Shown here: piece after piece, positions 1 to 10,989 of the stretch
How the letters are laid out: every line of letters starts with the position of its first letter
Numbering within the stretch: the first letter of the stretch is position 1
NCBI GenBank assembly: GCA_963575745.1
Contig: CAUYUJ010000263.1
Coordinates: 1 to 64,000, forward strand
Direction: 5' to 3'
Length of the DNA: 64,000 bases
From: Prorocentrum cordatum
Lineage: Eukaryota
Notes under the pieces: generated by a model
The model's input: only the letters and a program-made list of their open reading frames with translations
What the model was told of the DNA's origin: nothing
Databases searched by the model: none
Position numbers and translations under genes: made by a program

Positions 1-199
1 TCCCGCATGAAGCACTGCCCGAGGCAGCAGCACGGCGTCGCAGCCCACTGCGGCTGCGAGCGAAGAGGGGAGGCACCCGCCCACCAGTGGCGAGCAGATG
101 GGGGGACTTCAATTGACGACCTCAGCAATCGCCGTGACGTGGCAATCTCAAGGTGCAGAGAACCGTGATCAGTTTCGCCTGTGCGTCTCGACAGTCCGC

Positions 200-2630
200 T
201 GATAAGCCGCAGATGGCAGCAGCGCGCGAGCGATCTACACGTGTCCTTGTGCCTGCCCGCCCGACGCCAGGTCAGGCCAGCCCTCGGCCATGAGGCACAA
301 TGCTCGTACGAGACAGTGCGAGCAGCCCGCAATTCTTGGCACTAACGCAAGACAAGAGCAATCCCCCCCATGTGGGGTCATCTTCGAGAGCGCAAAGAAC
401 AGTGAGTCTCCGTCCTTCTCGTAGCTTGTGGCCACCCGCCACCCGTCTCGGGACGGCATCCGGGCCGATCGAGCGCGTCGTTCTTAGGTGTTCTTAGTTC
501 TGCTTGTGGCCGCAAACCTGTGCCCTACGCCTGGCGGATCTTGCGCACCTCCCTATCCGAATGGCCGTGGCATTCGGCGCCATGCGACATTCTTGGCAGC
601 GCACCAGACACAACAACAGTGTCGGACAACCGTAGAAGCGACTTGCGAATTTTGCCCATTTCTCGCGGGAGTTGTCTAACGGAGCCAGGAATTACTTAGC
701 ACGCTATGTAATTCGAGGACAAACTGGTTGAATCGTCGGTTCCTAGATTCGTGGCGATCTCGACAGTAGGGCCAGCCAGGCCGCAGAGTAACGGACGACG
801 CTCAACCGACACTTGATTATAATATCAATGACGTCGACTTTGGTGCGAGAAGCCCCATACCGCAACTCGTCGACGGAGCCCTGTGCAAGCCCATCAAGGC
901 CTCCACGAGCCCATCGAGGACCGTGGCAGGGGAGCCCACACAGGGTGGCCCTGAGTCGTCAACGTATTTTGTGGTCAAGGCCAACAGCGGGAAACCACTT
1001 GTCTCCGCCGAGGGGCCAAATCGAATCAAACTGGCTCTCCCAAGCGTGGCGGCGAAGCTACACGGAGCAATCACTCCCAACTGGGCGAAAACAGGCCCTG
1101 CCACCTATGGAAGGTGGTCTCATCTATCCGGCACTTGGCATCACGAAGCGTGTTCGGACACAACTGGACCATCCACAAAAGACCCTCCGCGAGGCATTCT
1201 CGCAACAATCGACACAAGCAGAACGTGTCCAATACCTTAGCCATGTCCCACAACATCGTCCCCGAGACCTGCCCAGTCGAAGTTCACGCTTCCCTAAGTA
1301 CGAAAGGGCACGAGACAACCGCCACTGTTTCGCAGAGCCCCTTCTGCACCTCCCTGGCGACCCATAAAGAGGAAGCAGGAAGACCGATTGGGCGCCAGCC
1401 TCCAAGGGTCTTCAGCACAAGCAGCACTGGGACACATCGAACGCGACGGGAAAGGGAAGCGAGGATTTCAACCAATGGGAACATCAAGGCAGCCGCTTCA
1501 AAAGTTTATTTCGACTGGCTAGGCCGATTTGGTCAGGTCGTTGCCAGACATTCTTGGAAGGGCAGGCGACATGCCCTCACAGCGTCGCTTGCTGGGCGGG
1601 CTGGCCGACGCCTGCCGCAACCTGCTACATTGCGCAGACTCGCTTCTCACAAGGGGGAAAGGGGTCTGAGACAGCAACACCTCCAGCTGCAAGCGCGGCC
1701 GTGGGCTTCCACTGGCGCTTGCTTCCTAGCAGGATGCGCAGTTCTTCATCCACTGTCCATGCTCGTGGGCAGCCACGCCTTAATAACCCCGGCGAGCACC
1801 TGACTGTGCTTCCGAAGACGCTTCCAGAGAGGCCACACCAGCCCTGCAGTAATTACTGGTCGGCGACCTTGGCTCCATCAATGCAAGCGCCGGCTTCGTC
1901 GTCTGAGGCTGCGCTTGCAGACTCCACCAGGGAGGCAACGCGCGCGCCTGCATCGTCCGCGAATTCGGGACAAAGTCATGGCCAGCAGGAGCCGCACCAA
2001 ACATGTGGCGCGCACGGTTGGCAAGCCACTTCGTCGCCGCCAAGGCACAGCACCCCATGCCAGGATGAATTTGTTCATCAGACACAGGGGCCCAGTTCAA
2101 TTTAGTTGTCCACGCCCAGCTACCGTAGTGCGAAAGGTCGGATGCCCAGATCGGCGATCTCCACATCAGGTCTCTGCGCGAACCCAATGCGCAGCTGTTT
2201 CAGCCTAGCCCGACCCTCTGAGTAATCCCCAGGTCCAGCGACCAGAATTGCGCGATGCCCATGACTAGGGCTCGAGGTCCGAGACGGGGGCCTGGCGGGG
2301 GGGGGCGGCCAGGTTGCAGGTAGAAGGCGGCAACGTAGGAAGCCGACAACTCAACAATCGGAGTCCTAGAGATTGACACCAACACCAAGATCGGCGGTGT
2401 GCCTCCACCGAGGGAAGACGATCCCCATCTCGGTGATGGTGGTAATATTAGGGCTTCCAAGGTGACCGAAATATTCAACACCGAAATCTAAGATCATCAT
2501 CTCCCTGTGGAGGCAAACCCCTGTGCTGGTGTTGGTGCCAATTTCCAGGCCTCCAAAACAAGGTTGGAACCCGGCCGCCTCGGGATGCATGGCCGATCGA
2601 ACGGGGGCGTTGGTCGTGCCCCAATCCATT
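200..2630 (-). mobile_element. Heavily decayed non-LTR retrotransposon (APE endonuclease + reverse transcriptase relic)
   Basis: Collinear minus-strand motif fragments across several frames: AGFQPCFG...NTSTGVCL and VAAFYLQPG (APE-like, ~2300-2580); LKTLGGWRPIGL (~1380-1415); LWDMAKVLD (~1230-1255); GVIAPCSFA (~1055-1085); KYVDD (~955-970); ATNLGTD (~735-760); SGALPRMSHGAECHGHSDREVRKIR (~530-610). Many stops and frameshifts. Confidence 0.65.
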
Positions 2631-3174
2631 TATTTTTGCGCTGGCATAGTGGCCTTCGCAATCCCGAGCGACACCATGAAATTGTCGTTAGAGCTCTGGC
2701 CCCCCTGCCCAGCGAAACAGGCGGCCCGACGCTCGACGCGAATCAGCTCTGCGAACTTGTCGAGGAAACCGATGGCCCAGAGGAGGGCCGGGGAAAAGGT
2801 TGACATTCCATGCGAGAGCGAACTCGCCCATGAAGGCCTCGCCCGCCCCACCCACAGGACCGACGATATCTCAATGTGACTTCGCGATATCTTGTAGATC
2901 ACACATGCTGCAGGGGCTCCCCACGCAGATGGGCTTTCCACTGGGCAGGAGAACGAGCGCATATATATATATATATATATACACTGTTCCTTTGGATTGT
3001 ACGTTCTGATTGTAAGGGCGGAACAACCATGCTTTCAGATTCCGATGATCTGATTTGTCTTTAAAAATTCATCCAGAATCTGCGGATTTGTTCTAAAGAA
3101 ATTATCTTTCAATGACTGTTTTTAATAGTTCAATCGAAATTTTCTGTGTTCTGGACGCCAGAGTCCGACCGCAG

Positions 3175-3790
3175 GCTTGCTGGGCGGCGCCCCTCCTCAT
3201 CGTCCGCCACGACTGGGAGGCGCGGTTAAACGCCGACCAGGGCCGGTGGGCCACTCGCCTCCTGGACATCGACACGCCCACGCCGAGGGTCCTCCTCCTC
3301 CTCCTCCGGGAGCTCGGCATCCCGCAGCGCCTCTCCACGCTGACCTTCCGGGCGGCGGCGGCGCTGGCGGCCAGGATCGAGTCCACCGCGCCAGGATCCC
3401 AGCCCAGCCGGGTGGCGCTTGTCGCGGCGCCGACGGCCCCCGCGTGGATGTGGAGGCTGCGCGCCAACCTGGAGGAATGCGCCATGTCCCAGTATTCGGC
3501 GCGGTCCCTGCACAGGTACCAGGAGCCCGAACACGGGCCGGCGCGGGCGGGCAGGAAGTGGCGCATCCGCACGCACCTCACAGAGGCCGTCGACCCCCGG
3601 CTGGCAAAGGTCGAGTTAGGATGGCGCACGCGCGAGGCGGCCATCTACCCGTCGCGGGGCGACGGCACGGCGATCCAGGCGGCGACCACGACATCGGCCC
3701 GGGCGCGGGCGCAGCTGCGCCTCCAGGGCCGCCTCGCCGTGCGCACGACCGCTTCCCGAGCTTCGCGCCCGCGGCGCGGGGAGGTTATCT
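3175..3790 (+). CDS. Possible coding exon or element ORF fragment, product unknown
   Basis: Non-repetitive, with strongly G/C-ending codons in the frame of ORF 3112..3942 (e.g. CTC CTG GAC ATC GAC ACG CCC); begins after ...GACCGCAG at an abrupt AT-to-GC transition. No domain recognised. Confidence 0.3.
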
Positions 3791-4167
3791 CCCGCGACGG
3801 GCTCCACCCTCTAGAGGGGTGCCGCCACGCCGAGGCGGCGGCCCGCGAGCTCGGGGCGCCGCAGCCAGGCCGCCCCGTCGCCGCCGCCGCCGGATGGCCC
3901 GCGCGCTGGGCCTGCGCCACCGGCAGGCGCGCCGCTGGCTGACCCGCGCGCTGGGCCGCCCCGCCGCCGCCCGCCTGGGGTCCCGGGGAAAAGATTCCGT
4001 GAGCGTCCAGTCCAGCGTCGGGGCAAAGTCGCAACCAAGTGGGCGACCCCTCGGCCCGGGCTGAGTCGCTGGCCGAGCCACGGAGCTTTTTTATAACATC
4101 GTTATTCCATGCGTTCGCCTGCCTGCCGGCGTGCGCACAGCGGCTCGACACGCTGGCCCCGCGCCAA

Positions 4168-4177
4168 GGAAAAGGAG

Positions 4178-4210
<33 letters not shown>

Positions 4211-4640
4211 AAGGAAGAGGAGAAAGAAGAGGAGGAGGAAGAGGAGGAGGAGGAGGAGGAGGAGGAGCAGGGGGAGGAGGAGAGGGAAGATGATGATGAG
4301 GAGGATGGGGGCACTCGAGCGAAAGCGGGGGCGAAGTCGACGACGACGCAGACGGCGCAGACGGCGCCGGCGTCGCCGGGGCAGCGGCGCGCGCGGCCAG
4401 GGGGGCCTCTGCCGCTGGGCCGCCGCAGAGGCGCGGCCCCTGGAGAGCACCCCCCCCTCCTCCTGCTCCTCCTGCTCCTCCTGCCCCTCCTCCTCCTCCT
4501 GCTGCTGCCGCTCCTCCTCCTGCCCCTCCTCCTCCTCCCTGCTCCTCCTCCGCCTCCTCCTCCTCTCCTCCCCCTCCTCCTCCTCCTCCTCCTGCTCCTC
4601 CTGCTCCTCCTCCTCTTCCTCTCCTCCTCCTCCTGCTCCT
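4168..4640. repeat. (GAG)n tract followed by an inverted (CTC)n tract
   Basis: GA-rich 4168-4305 and CT-rich 4455-4640 flank a GC-rich spacer. Confidence 0.8.
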
Positions 4641-5178
4641 CATCGGCCTCCGTGGGCCGCGGCGCGCCGCGCGCCGCGGGCCGGTCGGGCAGCGGAGCGC
4701 GCGCTGTACGGGCGCCGCGTGCTGTCCGAGGAGGAAAGGCATCGGCTACGCGTAGGGTGTCCGAGGAGTTTGGGGGGTTCGAACTTCGAGGTTCGAGGTG
4801 TTCGGGTGCTTTCGCGGGCTCTCGGCGGTTTTCCAGCCTCGGGATGCTTGCCAGCAGCTACGCCTCGCCGCGGGTGTTCCGGGGGTGCTCGGATCGTCCC
4901 GAACGGCCGCCGGCGACCCGAGTGACGGCACGGAAACCCAAATTCGGCGGCCAGCGAGGGGGGGGAACTGAGAAGGAGAAGGCTTTCTCAGAAGTTGGCG
5001 GGAATTCTCAAGAGCCCTCGCTCCTGCTGAGAAGTTTTTAGTTGTCTTCGGGGAAGGGTTAGAAAGCTGCTCTCAAGGCCGGGGGACTTTCGAGACTTCT
5101 GGCAGGGCAGGCCCCTTCCTACTTCCCCCCCGGGCGCGCCGCCTAGGAAGAATGGCATCGACTACACGTAAGAGTCTC

Positions 5179-5370
5179 GAAGAAAAAAGACGGCATAAGC
5201 ACAAGCGTTTGGCGCTTCGCGCTGATTTCTTGGGTCCGCGCTGGCCCCCCCCCCTGGCGGCTCTGACGCCGCCCCTGGCGCGCGGAGCGCGCCAGGGAGG
5301 GGGTCCGGCGCAGATCCAAAAATCCGCGCGGAGCGCCAAAAGCTTATGTTTATGGCGTTTTTTTTTCTTC
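5179..5370. mobile_element. MITE-like foldback, ~80-bp imperfect inverted arms
   Basis: Left arm GAAGAAAAAAGACGGCATAAGCACAAGCGTTTGGCGCTTCGCGCTGATTT... matches the reverse complement of the right arm (...AAATCCGCGCGGAGCGCCAAAAGCTTATGTTTATGGCGTTTTTTTTTCTTC). Confidence 0.65.
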
Positions 5371-5395
5371 CAGGAAAGGCATCGATTGCAGGCTA

Positions 5396-5536
5396 GAGTG
5401 ACCCTTCGCCAGAATGACCTCTGGTGCGTGCCCATTGGGCCCCCCCCGATCGCCGACCGCGATGCGATAGCAGCGGCCTGCGCGCTTGGTTTTGGCCCCC
5501 TCGCGGCCATCAAAAGACGCGCACCAAGGGTCACTC
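5396..5536. repeat. Dispersed repeat bounded by an 11-bp inverted repeat; second copy at ~35263-35400
   Basis: GAGTGACCCTT (5396-5406) / AAGGGTCACTC (5526-5536); the interior aligns by eye with 35263-35400. Confidence 0.65.
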
Positions 5537-6010
5537 CTGCGTGTAGCCGAAGGGACCAATACCGCTACCCTGGGCTCGTGTTCGCCTTTGGGGGGCTTGC
5601 TGAGAGGCCCTCACCGCCACCGCTGGATTCGCCTCGAAATGTTTGTCAGAGCGCACCCCGGGAGAGGTCCGGGGAATAGCGGTATCTCAGCCACGCGCAG
5701 AGGGGGTAGTGGGAGGGGGAGGGTTCCGCAGAAACATCCCTGCTTCTTAGAGGGCGCGGGTCTCAGCTACAGATGTAGGGCCGGTTCCTTCTAAGAAGCA
5801 GCCGCCAAAAAGCCCCATCCCCAACCCCCTGTTCGCGCCGCCAACATAACTGGGGGGTGAAGGGTTGCAGTAGAGGGACCGTAAAGGATCCTTGTAGGGC
5901 CCCAGAGGTGCACGCAGGGTGCATCTGTCTTCGCCCCCCCCGCCCCCCCAGCTATCCCTCCAAATGCCGCAACGCCCAAGCTGCCGGCGTAATGGGCGGG
6001 CGACAAATCT

Positions 6011-6211
6011 AGGCCTCCCAGATGGTGTCCGAGTGAATGGGGTTGGAGGATCGCGCAACATCGCCGACGCATCGGCGATGCGGCTCGATGTGGAGCCCGA
6101 TTTTCTCCACGCCGACGTCGCCGATGCGCCGCCGATGCAGTCATCGCCGATGCATCGGCGATGCGGCGTGATCCTCTGGCTCCGTCTACTCGGACACCAT
6201 TGGGGAGGCCT
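6011..6211. mobile_element. MITE-like foldback, ~70-bp inverted arms carrying internal palindromes
   Basis: AGGCCTCCCAGATGGTGTCCGAGT... / ...ACTCGGACACCATTGGGGAGGCCT; perfect 22-bp palindrome CATCGCCGATGCATCGGCGATG at 6142-6163. Confidence 0.65.
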
Positions 6212-6341
6212 CTGGATAGGGGGGGGAGGGTCGGGGGTGGCAGGAGAGGGGGCCTTTGGGGGCCTCCAGCTCCTGCCTCCTTTCGCCGAGGGGCTGGAGT
6301 CTTCTCCACTCCCCCGGCCGCCTCCATTCATCCAGTCGCTG

Positions 6342-6539
6342 TCGGGGGCGGCAAAGAGGGGGGTGATGACTGGGGGGGGGGGGGGGGAATATCATGGCCG
6401 GGGCCATGAAATTTCCCCAGATGTTATGGCGCCTCTTCTTGCTTCATTGCGCTCCTGGCCCCCCCGCTGGGCCGCGCACGTGCCGCCGGTCATGATTTGC
6501 ACCCCCCCTCTTGGACACCCCCCTCTTGGCCGCTCCCGA
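6342..6539. mobile_element. MITE with 24-bp TIRs and an apparent 5-bp TSD (CGCTG)
   Basis: TCGGGGGCGGCAAAGAGGGGGGTG ... CACCCCCCTCTTGGCCGCTCCCGA (2 mismatches); CGCTG at 6337-6341 and 6540-6544; second copy at 22557-22749. Confidence 0.75.
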
Positions 6540-7702
6540 CGCTGCTATCGATTCGACGGCGGCGCGCTGACTCGCTCGCTCGCTCGCCCTTTCGCGCAGC
6601 GCTGCGCAGCGATCTCTCTCTCGTCCGCGCCGCCACGGCGGCTCGCACCGCGCGGCGGGCAGCGGGCGGGAGACGCGGGAGCCCCCGAGACCACCGGGGG
6701 GGCCCAGATCTCTCACTGGCCCGCGCGCTGTCGAGCAAAGAATCAGGAGGGAAAAAAACACACAGACACCATTGATCCTCGATTCCTCGGAAAATAGGGG
6801 AAAAGATTGGGAGTGGGGGGGAAGACGGAAACCCAGAAAGTATGGGAGACTATGGGGAATATTTTTATGTGTGTGTTTTTGTTGCGTGTCCTGGGGCCCC
6901 TTCAGTTTTCGAGCAAAGAAGTTCGTGCAGTTTGCTTTTTCACCGCTTGGTCCCGCTCAGTGCAATGAGAGAGCTTGCTAGGAAGTGGCAGCCACGAAGG
7001 AAGAGGGGAGGGAGGAAAGGGGGCCTCTCATGAGGACGAAGGGGGGATAGGGTAGGGAGAGCGGGCCACTCACATCGTCCGTGCCACTTGCGGCGTAGTA
7101 CCGTGGATATAAGAATGTACATGTAACGCGCGTGTCCGTAGCGCTGTGGACGACTTTGCCTTGTTTGTAACGCTGGGGTCGATGTACGGTGTAAAGACGT
7201 ATTTTAGTGCAGCATGTGTGGCGTGACAGCAAAGCAAATAATCAAGTTGGGTTTTCGGATATCAGTCGCACGCATGGGCCAGGTACCTAAGGGAGGGTGC
7301 TCACCACGTACGTGGTTCTGCGGCCCCTCCGTCGTCTCTGTAGGCCCACGCTTGCTGTGCGGAGGGAGCGGCGACGGTCAACCCGTGGCGTTGGAATATG
7401 ATCCAGTGGATGACCCTGAATACTCGAAAGGTGGGGTGTGCTCGCAGAACACCCCCCCTCCCCCCTTCAAACGCAAGGTGAGATTTTCGATCCCCCCCCC
7501 CTCCCTCCCTTGAGGGGGGGGTGGGGTTCCGAACCCCCCCCTCCCTTGCAGAGGGGGGGGGGGGTCCGACCCCCCCCCCCATCCCCCCCTTGGCGTTGGA
7601 AAGGAGGGGGCGGGGCTTCGACCCCCCCCCCCTCCCCCCCCTTGCGCCGAACAGGAGGCCAGGGAGAGGGCCTCTCTCGCACGGGGGGGGGCGGGCCTCG
7701 GG

Positions 7703-8050
7703 ATAGTGAGTAGTAAGTAGCGAATAGAGAGTAGTGAGTAGTGAGTCGTGAATAGTGAGTAGTAGCGAGTAGTGAGGAGTGAGGAGTGAGTAGTGAGCAG
7801 TGAGTAGTGAGTAGTGAGTAGTGAGTAGTGAATAGTGGGTAGTGGGGAGTGGGTAGTGAGTAGTGAGTAGCGAGTTGGGAGCAACGTGTAGTGAATAGTG
7901 AGTTGCGAATAGGGAAGTGTGAGTAGTGAGTACTGTGCAGGGAGTAGTCAGTAGTGAGTAGCGAGTAGGGAGTAGCCATTAATGATTAGTGAGTAGTGAC
8001 TAGTGAGTAGTGAGTAGTGACTAGTGGGTAGTGAGAGATGGTTAGTGAGG
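7703..8050 (+). repeat. (TAGTGAG)n heptamer minisatellite flanked by C-run/G-run hairpin-rich sequence (7450-7700, 8050-8145)
   Basis: Direct reading: TAGTGAG TAGTGAG ... with variants. Confidence 0.9.
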
Positions 8051-8169
8051 AGGGGGGGGGTCCCCGACGACGGATCGGCAACGGGGGGGTGGGGGGCGGA
8101 TCGGGGAAAGGGGAGGGGGCGGGGGTCCCCCCCGCCCCTAGGGGACATCCAGCGGCGCGCCCTCATTAT

Positions 8170-9050
8170 GTTGTCTGGGCGCCGTTATCATCCAGTAGTT
8201 CGGTTCCATACTTTGATCCACCCGTCATCGTAACTAGGCTGATCGATGAGTTTCAGGCCGTCTGGACAATCATAGAAAGTATTTGCGCCTTCCACTTTCA
8301 ATCTCGTAGCGGGAACGGTATCTCTTGCTCGTCGCGGGGTCCCCACGTCCTTGTTGTCAATCGTGACGTCCCAGGTAATATCGGCGTATGTGGTGTTTGT
8401 AAATTTTGATCAGTTTCTCGTGCAGATTTTGGGGCTAGTGTTTCGGCGCGGACTTGACGTCAGCGATCTTGAAATAGGTATTGTCCTCCGCTCCGTACGC
8501 AACTTCTCCCATCTTGTATTCACTTGTTCTCGTAAATCATGCCTGGTAGCCAGGCGCCTGTCTCCGCGAACGTTTGTTGTTGTACGCTGCCAGCGTCATC
8601 GGACCCATGATAATGGACCGGGTACGTGTAGGCTGTCATTGTGTAAACGCCTGCAGTTTAATCAGTGGTTCGAGCAGATGGGCTATAGTGATAACGGGAT
8701 GTAGTGAATAATGCATTTGATGTAGTAATATCCAGTTGAACCGTAGGTAGGGGATGCAGACAGGCGGGCTAGTTGGTTAATTGGCAAGTAATGCGCTGGT
8801 CATGGCTTCCGCGTCCCCGCGGTAGTCTTGTGGTGTCGCAACCAGTATAGGTGTTTTTGGCTTTACCCCGAGACCAGAAGTACACACGGCCGCACATGGC
8901 GCACACGTGCGTGCAGGGGAGGGAGGGTGTGGTAGGAACCGTATGGATGCATCGTATTGTTCCCCACATCCAAAGTCGGGTTCTTGTTTTCTCTGCACAC
9001 CCCCGCGCAGGATAACACACCCTTTCCTGTCACACACACGTATCACTATC
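8170..9050 (-). pseudogene. Decayed coding fragment of unknown family, apparently paralogous to 11560-12470
   Basis: Lower-GC, coding-like minus-strand peptides GDAEAMTSALLAN*PTSPPVCIPYLRF and LHEKLIKIYKHHIRRY resemble GHHRDVLRSLLVAQLRIPSPHC and MEEIRQGVRHHIKRH in the same order and with similar spacing. Confidence 0.4.
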
Positions 9051-9371
9051 AACCTCAGTAGCATCAACACCACATCAGCATCAACATCAGTAGCATAATT
9101 TTCATCACTCACTCACTCATTCATGCACTCCCACTCACTCCTTCAATCGTCATCATCACAACCACCATCGTCATCATTCACACACTCACTCACGCTCATA
9201 TTCACTCACACGCAGGCCATCTTGATCACCTTGATCATCACTTGATCACACACTCACTCACCCATTCACGCACCCATTCATTCATCATCTGCATCATCCT
9301 CATCATCATCACCACTCATTCAGCCATTCACTCATTCACTCACTCACCCACTCATTCGCTGGCTTGCATAT

Positions 9372-9985
9372 GGGGGAGGTATCAGGTGGGAGGCTCGTCT
9401 GTGAGCGAATTGCGAGAAGGTCTCGGGCGGGAGCCCTCTCCCTATGGGGCCCGCGCCTCCTGTTTTTCATCCGAGCGGATCACCCTCGAACTTGTAATTG
9501 TCGTCACTATTGGGCTCCTGAGGTCTGAATTGGGGGGAAGTATCAGGCGGGAGGCTCGTCAGTGAGTGAATTGCGTGGGCGTCGTAGGCGGGAGCCCTCT
9601 CCCTATGGGGCCCGCACCTCTTGTTTTTAATCCGAGCGGATCACCCTCGAACCTGTAACTGTCGTCAATATTGGGCTCCTGAGGTCTGAATTGGGGGGAG
9701 TATCAGGCGGGAGGCTTGTCAGTGAGTGAATCCCGTGGACGTCTTAGGCGGGAACCCTCTCCCTATGGGGCCTGCACCTCATGTTTTTAATCCGAGCGGG
9801 TTATTTTCGAACCTGTAACTGTCGTTACTTTGGGGCGCTTGAGGCTTGAATATTGGGGGAGTATCAGGCGGGAGCCCCGTCTGTGAGTGAACTGTGAGTA
9901 AGTCTCATGTGGGAGCCCCCCCCCTTATGGGGCCCGCATTTCATGTTTGTTCTTCCGAGCGGGTCATCCTCAACCTTGTAATTGG
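9372..9985 (+). repeat. Tandem repeat, ~160-bp unit x ~4
   Basis: GTATCAGG(C/T)GGGAG recurs at ~9379, 9540, 9700 and 9862 with conserved CTATGGGGCCCGC and TCCGAGCGG. Confidence 0.9.
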
Positions 9986-10044
9986 CGATTCGCCCGACCC
10001 ATTAGGTGACGAGGAAGAGGACGACGGCGGCGGCCGGGCGCAGG

Positions 10045-10248
10045 GGTAAACCCTTGCGTCCGGGCTGGGGGTGGTAACCCATCCTGTGTCGAAGCGGGGG
10101 CAGAGGGGAAACCCTTGTCTCCGGGCTGGCGGTGGTAACCCATCGTCAGCCGAATCGGAGACAGGAAGAAACCCTTGTCACCGGGCTGGCGGTGGTAACG
10201 CGTCGTCAGCCGAATCTTGCGCAGGGGGGAACCATTGCGTCCGGGCTG
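10045..10248 (+). repeat. Tandem repeat, ~60-bp unit x ~3.5
   Basis: AAACCCTTG(C/T)..CCGGGCTGG.GGTGGTAAC recurs at ~10048, 10109 and 10169, plus a partial unit at 10230. Confidence 0.85.
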
Positions 10249-10461
10249 TACCTTTACGTCATGCTCTCCCGCGCCACGCGCATGCGGAACATGCTGATCC
10301 TGCGGCCGCCCACGCGGGAGTTTCTGGAGCGCGGGCCGCCGGTGTCCTTGCGGAAGGCGCTCGAGAAGTTCGATGAGAAAGTGGGTAGCTCCAGGGATGG
10401 GGCCGAGCAGTTCGCCGCAGAGCTTGGTTTCGTGCTGCCTCCCGCCTGGGCGCGGCCGTGA
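10243..10461 (+). pseudogene. C-terminal fragment of a PIF1-family (Helitron-type) helicase
   Basis: LYLYVMLSRATRMRNMLILRPP...GPP: YVMLSR matches the PIF1/RecD motif VI (YVALSR); GC3-rich codons run to the TGA at 10459-10461; no upstream helicase motifs. Confidence 0.6.
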
Positions 10462-10989
10462 CTAGCTCGGTGCCTGCGGGGTTGTCCCAACGGCTGGTTC
10501 CCGCGCCGCATCGGCTCGCGCGGTTGCCCCAACGGCCTGGCCCGCGGGGTTGTCCCAACGGCCGCGCGACGCGGCCATTCGAGAATGCGCCCGCGCTGGC
10601 CGAGGCGGCGACGGCGTCGAGGAACATCGACGCTCGCACTCTTGCAATAGACAGGAGAGGAGGTGGTGGGTGACGAAACAAACAGCAGGAGGGCGAGGCA
10701 AGGGCATCGCGGGGAGCGGGTGAGGGCCCTGCGCCAAGGTGATAATGATAACGCACAGAGAAGACAATAAGGGCGCAATCGCGAGGACGACAACGAAGGT
10801 TATTTCCACATTAGCCGAACGGATTGTCATGCGAGGTCTCCCCGTCAACATAATTTTTAAGTGGGGCCGCGCGAACATGTAGACGCGAATAATCGCGGCG
10901 AGGGTGTAAAGTACATACATCCTGGTAGAGTGTATCAGTAAGCGGCCTTGGAGCTCACCGCTGGTACCCCGTGCCACGCGGTATAGTAT

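Noticed and set aside
7703..8050. Telomeric repeat
   Set aside because: The unit is TAGTGAG, not TTTAGGG, and it is internal and degenerate.
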